A DNA stretch of 39,193 nt, taken from positions 1 to 39,193 of the forward strand of contig CAYJRR010000029.1 in assembly GCA_964372275.1 (NCBI GenBank), written 5' to 3'. Below the pieces are notes generated by a model, which did not search any database, was not told the DNA's origin, and was given only the letters and a program-made list of their open reading frames with translations. Positions 35,811 to 39,193 of the stretch are shown in pieces. A program made the position numbers and the translations under genes. Position 1 is the stretch's first letter. Each line of letters starts with the position of its first letter. The DNA comes from an uncultured bacterium (GTDB taxonomy: Bacteria; CAYJRR01).

Positions 35811-38171
35811 CTAGTGAAACGTCGACGACGCGCGTGATCGCGGCCACGCATCGGATGCATCGCGAAAACCGCCCACGCCGACCGTGGTTCCCCGCCAGGA
35901 AAGGGGGATCGCGGCCGCCTCGCCGACCAGCAGGGACCGGTTCGCCCCCGACTCCCACCGCGTGCCGTTCGGCCCGACGACCACCAGCTTCATCTCGAAC
36001 AGGCCGCCCACCGGAAGCGGGACGGTCGCCGACCACGTTTCGTCCCGATCGGCGCGGAGCGCGACCCCACGTTTCACGTCCCAGGCACCCAGCTCCTCCC
36101 CCGAGCCGACGAGCCATGCCGTCTCGCCGGGACCGAGCGCCAGCCCGCTGGCCCGGAACTCGATCGCGCGCAGGTCCGGCCGCAACAACCGTTCGCGTGC
36201 CGCCGCGGCGGCCGTGCGGTAGCCGCCCTTCCGGGGTTTGAGCAGGAAGACCTCGGTCGACCGCGGCGCGACGACGAGACCCTTGGGGCCCACCTGCCTC
36301 CGTTCGCCGGTACGCAGATCGCGGACCGAGGCACCCCGCCGAAGCTCGTCGGGAACGGCGACGGCCGCCGCCGCGTCGCGACGGTTCACGGCGACGAGCG
36401 CCGCCTCGTCGTCGTCGATCCGGGCGTAGGCGAACAGACCCTCCTCGGCGAGCAGCAACCGCGTGACCCCGTCGCGCAGCGATCGATGCTCGCGTCGCGC
36501 GGCGAGGAGGCGCCGGATCGTCGCGGCGAACGGCCCCTCGCCTTCGAAGCGCATGTCGCCGCGGTTCTCGGGCTCCGTGCGACCCGTCAGGCCCGATTCG
36601 GTCCCGTAGGTCAGCGACGGCGTTCCGCGCGCGGTCAGCAGGAAGGCGAGCGCCGCGTCGACGCTCCCGTCGTCGGACGCGCAGGAGCTTCGCACGCGCG
36701 GCACGTCGTGGTTGTCGAGGAATGTCACCAGGACCGACGGGTCTTCATAGCGGCGATCCTCGGTCAACACCACCCCGAGCCGCGCCGGATCGGCCCCTCT
36801 GCAGAAGACCTCGTCCATCGCGAAGTAGAGCGGGAAGTCGAAGATGGCGTCGAACCCGCCCTGGGAGAGCGCGCGGCTCAATGCTTCCGCCGATCCGTCG
36901 TACAGCTCTCCCAGCAGACGGACCTGCGGCGCGAGACGCTTCAGGTCGCCGTTGTAGCGCCGCCAGAACTCGATCGGCATGTGGCGCGCCGCGTCGAGCC
37001 GGAAGGCGTCGGGCCGGACCGCGTCGATCCAACGGAGCGACGTCCCGAGCAGATGGCGATAGACCTCCTCCCGCTCCTGTGCCAGGTCGGGGAGACCGTG
37101 CACGTCGCGCTCGACGAGCTGCACCGGATCGCTCCAGTCGACGATCGACCCCTTCCCGTGGAACCACGAGGAGTGGCTGCGGGTGAGCGGCGCCCCCGGC
37201 GCGACGTGGTTGAGCACCACGTCCAGCACGAGCTTCATGCCGCGGGCGTGCAGCGCGTCCGACAAACGCCGAAGCGTCGTCTCATCGCCGAAGCGCGGCT
37301 CCACGGACTCGAACTCCTCGACCCAGTACCCGTGATAGGCGCCGTGCCCGCCGAACTTCTCGGTCCGCATCCGGAAGACGGGGGAGAGCCAGACCGCGCC
37401 GATCCCCAACCGTTCGAGGTGGTCGAGGCGGTCGATCACCCCTTGCAGGTCGCCGCCGTGGAACGCCTGCGGATCGAGGAGGTCGGTCTCGCCGTCGTTG
37501 GTCGGATCGCCGTTGGAGAAACGGTCGACCATCACGAAGTAGATCGCGTCGCCTCGCGGAGCGGCGGTCGAGGAGGAGCCGGCGGCGAGCAGGTCGTCGG
37601 CCACACGGCCGATCTCGGTCGCGATGCGGGCGGCGGCCGCTTCGACCGCTTGCTCCTCCTTCTCGTGATCGAAGTCGAGGAAGACGGGGATGTCGATCCC
37701 GAAGCCTCGAACCTGGTCGACCCGGTCGCGCGGCGCGATCCCGCCCGTCGCGGTGACGATCCAGCGATAGCGGCCGTTGAGGACAGAGTAGAACTCGGCC
37801 TTCGCCTCGACGAGCGCGATCCACTCGGCATCCCCCGCCTGTTTCGCGAGCGCCGCCAGCCGGGCCCCGGAGCTGCGCTTCGTCGCGAACGCCTCCAGCA
37901 GCGAGCCGTCCCCGGTGACGGTGCGAACCTCGAGGCGCCGGCTCGACAGCGGCGCCGCGACCCTCGCCGCCGCCGCCGCCGGGAAGGCCGCCGTCTCGCA
38001 ACAGCCCTCCGCCGCGTCGACCACCGCCGCGAGCGCGACGGAGGTCCCCTCCGGCGCCTGCACGGCGGGCTTCAAGCCCACGCGCGGCGCGCACCCCGCC
38101 GCCGCGACCGCGATCGCGAGGGCGATCGGCCGCGCCGCGCCTCGGCCGCCGCGACACCGGGTCAGAACCAT
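35811..38171 (-). CDS. GH13 alpha-amylase-family lipoprotein with C-terminal CBM20
   Basis: Lipobox AAAGC; IYFVMVDRFSNGD, GGDLQG, YHGYW, DVVLNH, catalytic FRLDAARH / GELYD / FLDNHD; CBM20 VGSGEELGAWD..WESGANR. Confidence 0.9.
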   Translation of the reverse strand: MVLTRCRGGRGAARPIALAIAVAAAGCAPRVGLKPAVQAPEGTSVALAAVVDAAEGCCETAAFPAAAAARVAAPLSSRRLEVRTVTGDGSLLEAFATKRSSGARLAALAKQAGDAEWIALVEAKAEFYSVLNGRYRWIVTATGGIAPRDRVDQVRGFGIDIPVFLDFDHEKEEQAVEAAAARIATEIGRVADDLLAAGSSSTAAPRGDAIYFVMVDRFSNGDPTNDGETDLLDPQAFHGGDLQGVIDRLDHLERLGIGAVWLSPVFRMRTEKFGGHGAYHGYWVEEFESVEPRFGDETTLRRLSDALHARGMKLVLDVVLNHVAPGAPLTRSHSSWFHGKGSIVDWSDPVQLVERDVHGLPDLAQEREEVYRHLLGTSLRWIDAVRPDAFRLDAARHMPIEFWRRYNGDLKRLAPQVRLLGELYDGSAEALSRALSQGGFDAIFDFPLYFAMDEVFCRGADPARLGVVLTEDRRYEDPSVLVTFLDNHDVPRVRSSCASDDGSVDAALAFLLTARGTPSLTYGTESGLTGRTEPENRGDMRFEGEGPFAATIRRLLAARREHRSLRDGVTRLLLAEEGLFAYARIDDDEAALVAVNRRDAAAAVAVPDELRRGASVRDLRTGERRQVGPKGLVVAPRSTEVFLLKPRKGGYRTAAAAARERLLRPDLRAIEFRASGLALGPGETAWLVGSGEELGAWDVKRGVALRADRDETWSATVPLPVGGLFEMKLVVVGPNGTRWESGANRSLLVGEAAAIPLSWRGTTVGVGGFRDASDAWPRSRASSTFH

Positions 38172-39193
38172 GCCTCCACCTCCACTCCCGCCACGTGGTG
38201 CCAATGCCGCTCCTTCGCGCCGAAGCTGTTGTACTCGTCGAGGCTGTCGACGAAGCTGTTCCCGAACGCGTTGTTCTGGTTCGAGTACTGCGCCCCGTAG
38301 AGGATCCGCAACGACGGGCGAGTGTAGAGCCCGGTCCCCAGCGGATTCAGAACCACGCCGACCTTCCCCTGCCAGGTGTTGCGCGAATCGCTGTCGCCAA
38401 ACTCCAGCCCGCGGGTGTCGGCGACGCCGCCGTCGTTGGCGAAGACCGAGTTGACGTGCTCGCGGTAGCGGTTGCCGTTCTTCGAACGTTCCTGGGCCAC
38501 GGCGTTTTCCAGCAGCAGGTGGACGACGTCGGTCAGGTAGAGCTGGAACCGCACCACGGTGGAGGCGATCGTCTGGTCGTCGTCGCTGGGGGCGATCGCG
38601 TTGTCACCGTCGGCGAAATCCCCGTAGAGCAGCCCCCACGCCGCGTCGAGGCGGCCGGGAACCAGCACGAGGTGCATCTCGTTCCCGACCGTGAGCGCGA
38701 ACCGCTCGTCGGTGAGCGCGCGCAGGTAGATCGAGTAGTCGCGGTCCTCGTAGGTCTCGACCGTCACGTTCCCCGGATGGCGCCGCTCGTAGCGGGCGAA
38801 CAGGTTGTTCCACCGGATCGGCCCCATCCGTCCGAAGCCGAGATAGCCGATCGCCTTCCAGGAGGTGGCCGCGGTCGGAACCGGGTCGGGGAAGTCGTCC
38901 TCCTGTCCCGGGTTGGCGAGCACGTACTGCTCGGCGACCTCGCCGCGGACGAAGTCTTCGTAGTCGACGCCGGGGGTGCGGTGCGGCGCGTTGGCGTTTC
39001 CGACCACCTTCGGCTCGTGGTTCACCTGGCCGCCGCCGCCCAGCTCGAGGTGTTTGCCGATCCGATAGCGGACGCTCCCGCCGCCGGTCAGGACCGTGCT
39101 GTAGCGATCGCCGCGGACGAAGTAGCCCGAGTCGCCGGCGCCGAGGAGCACGTCGACCCGATCGGACTGCTAACGCCCCGACAACCCGATCGT
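38162..39193 (-). CDS. Outer-membrane beta-barrel, probable carbohydrate (maltoporin-like) porin; 5'-truncated by the window edge, in-frame TAG at 39170-39172
   Basis: Amphipathic beta-strands, RPSLR and terminal GVEVEAWF beta-signal; adjacent to the amylase and mal ABC genes. The frame runs to the window end as TIGLSGR*QSDRVDVLLGAG. Confidence 0.65.

Noticed and set aside
1423-38300. Many long overlapping or antisense ORFs in the track (e.g. 4684-7932 -, 18192-20897 -, 26801-30451 +, and 5' extensions of gltD, gltF and malG)
   Set aside because: Shadow ORFs expected at high GC; they are Arg/Gly/Pro-rich, lack motifs and overlap well-supported genes.

Overview
GC-rich bacterial chromosomal segment (roughly 70% GC by eye) whose gene content looks Myxococcota-like. 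The first ~21 kb carry a complete Glt/Nfs-type trans-envelope gliding complex in single-operon order: two GltA/B-type beta-barrels, gltC, gltD, gltE, gltF, gltG and gltH/cglE. An atypical OmpR-family regulator is transcribed divergently from it. gltE is split by one in-frame TAG. An 8.4-kb signalling block sits between gltE and gltF. It encodes a membrane Ser/Thr kinase-STAND NTPase-FGE(CLec) receptor, an ADYC lipoprotein with 18 xSLNG pentapeptide repeats, an FHA-GAF adenylate cyclase and an HDOD-GGDEF diguanylate cyclase, with a CRP-like box upstream of the ADYC-cyclase genes. Next come a stand-alone tyrosine-recombinase core-binding domain and three tandem lipoproteins sharing an acidic YfaP/DUF2135-like C-terminal domain (two with sigma54-type promoters). 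These are followed by a DxDxDG-repeat/VWA lipoprotein downstream of tonB-exbB-exbD-exbD. The window ends with a maltodextrin locus (porin, GH13-CBM20 lipoprotein, malK, malE-malF fusion, malG) interrupted by an orphan type IV pilin and an FAD oxidoreductase. I saw no rRNA, tRNA, CRISPR array or transposase. All product calls come from motif recognition and synteny, not database searches.
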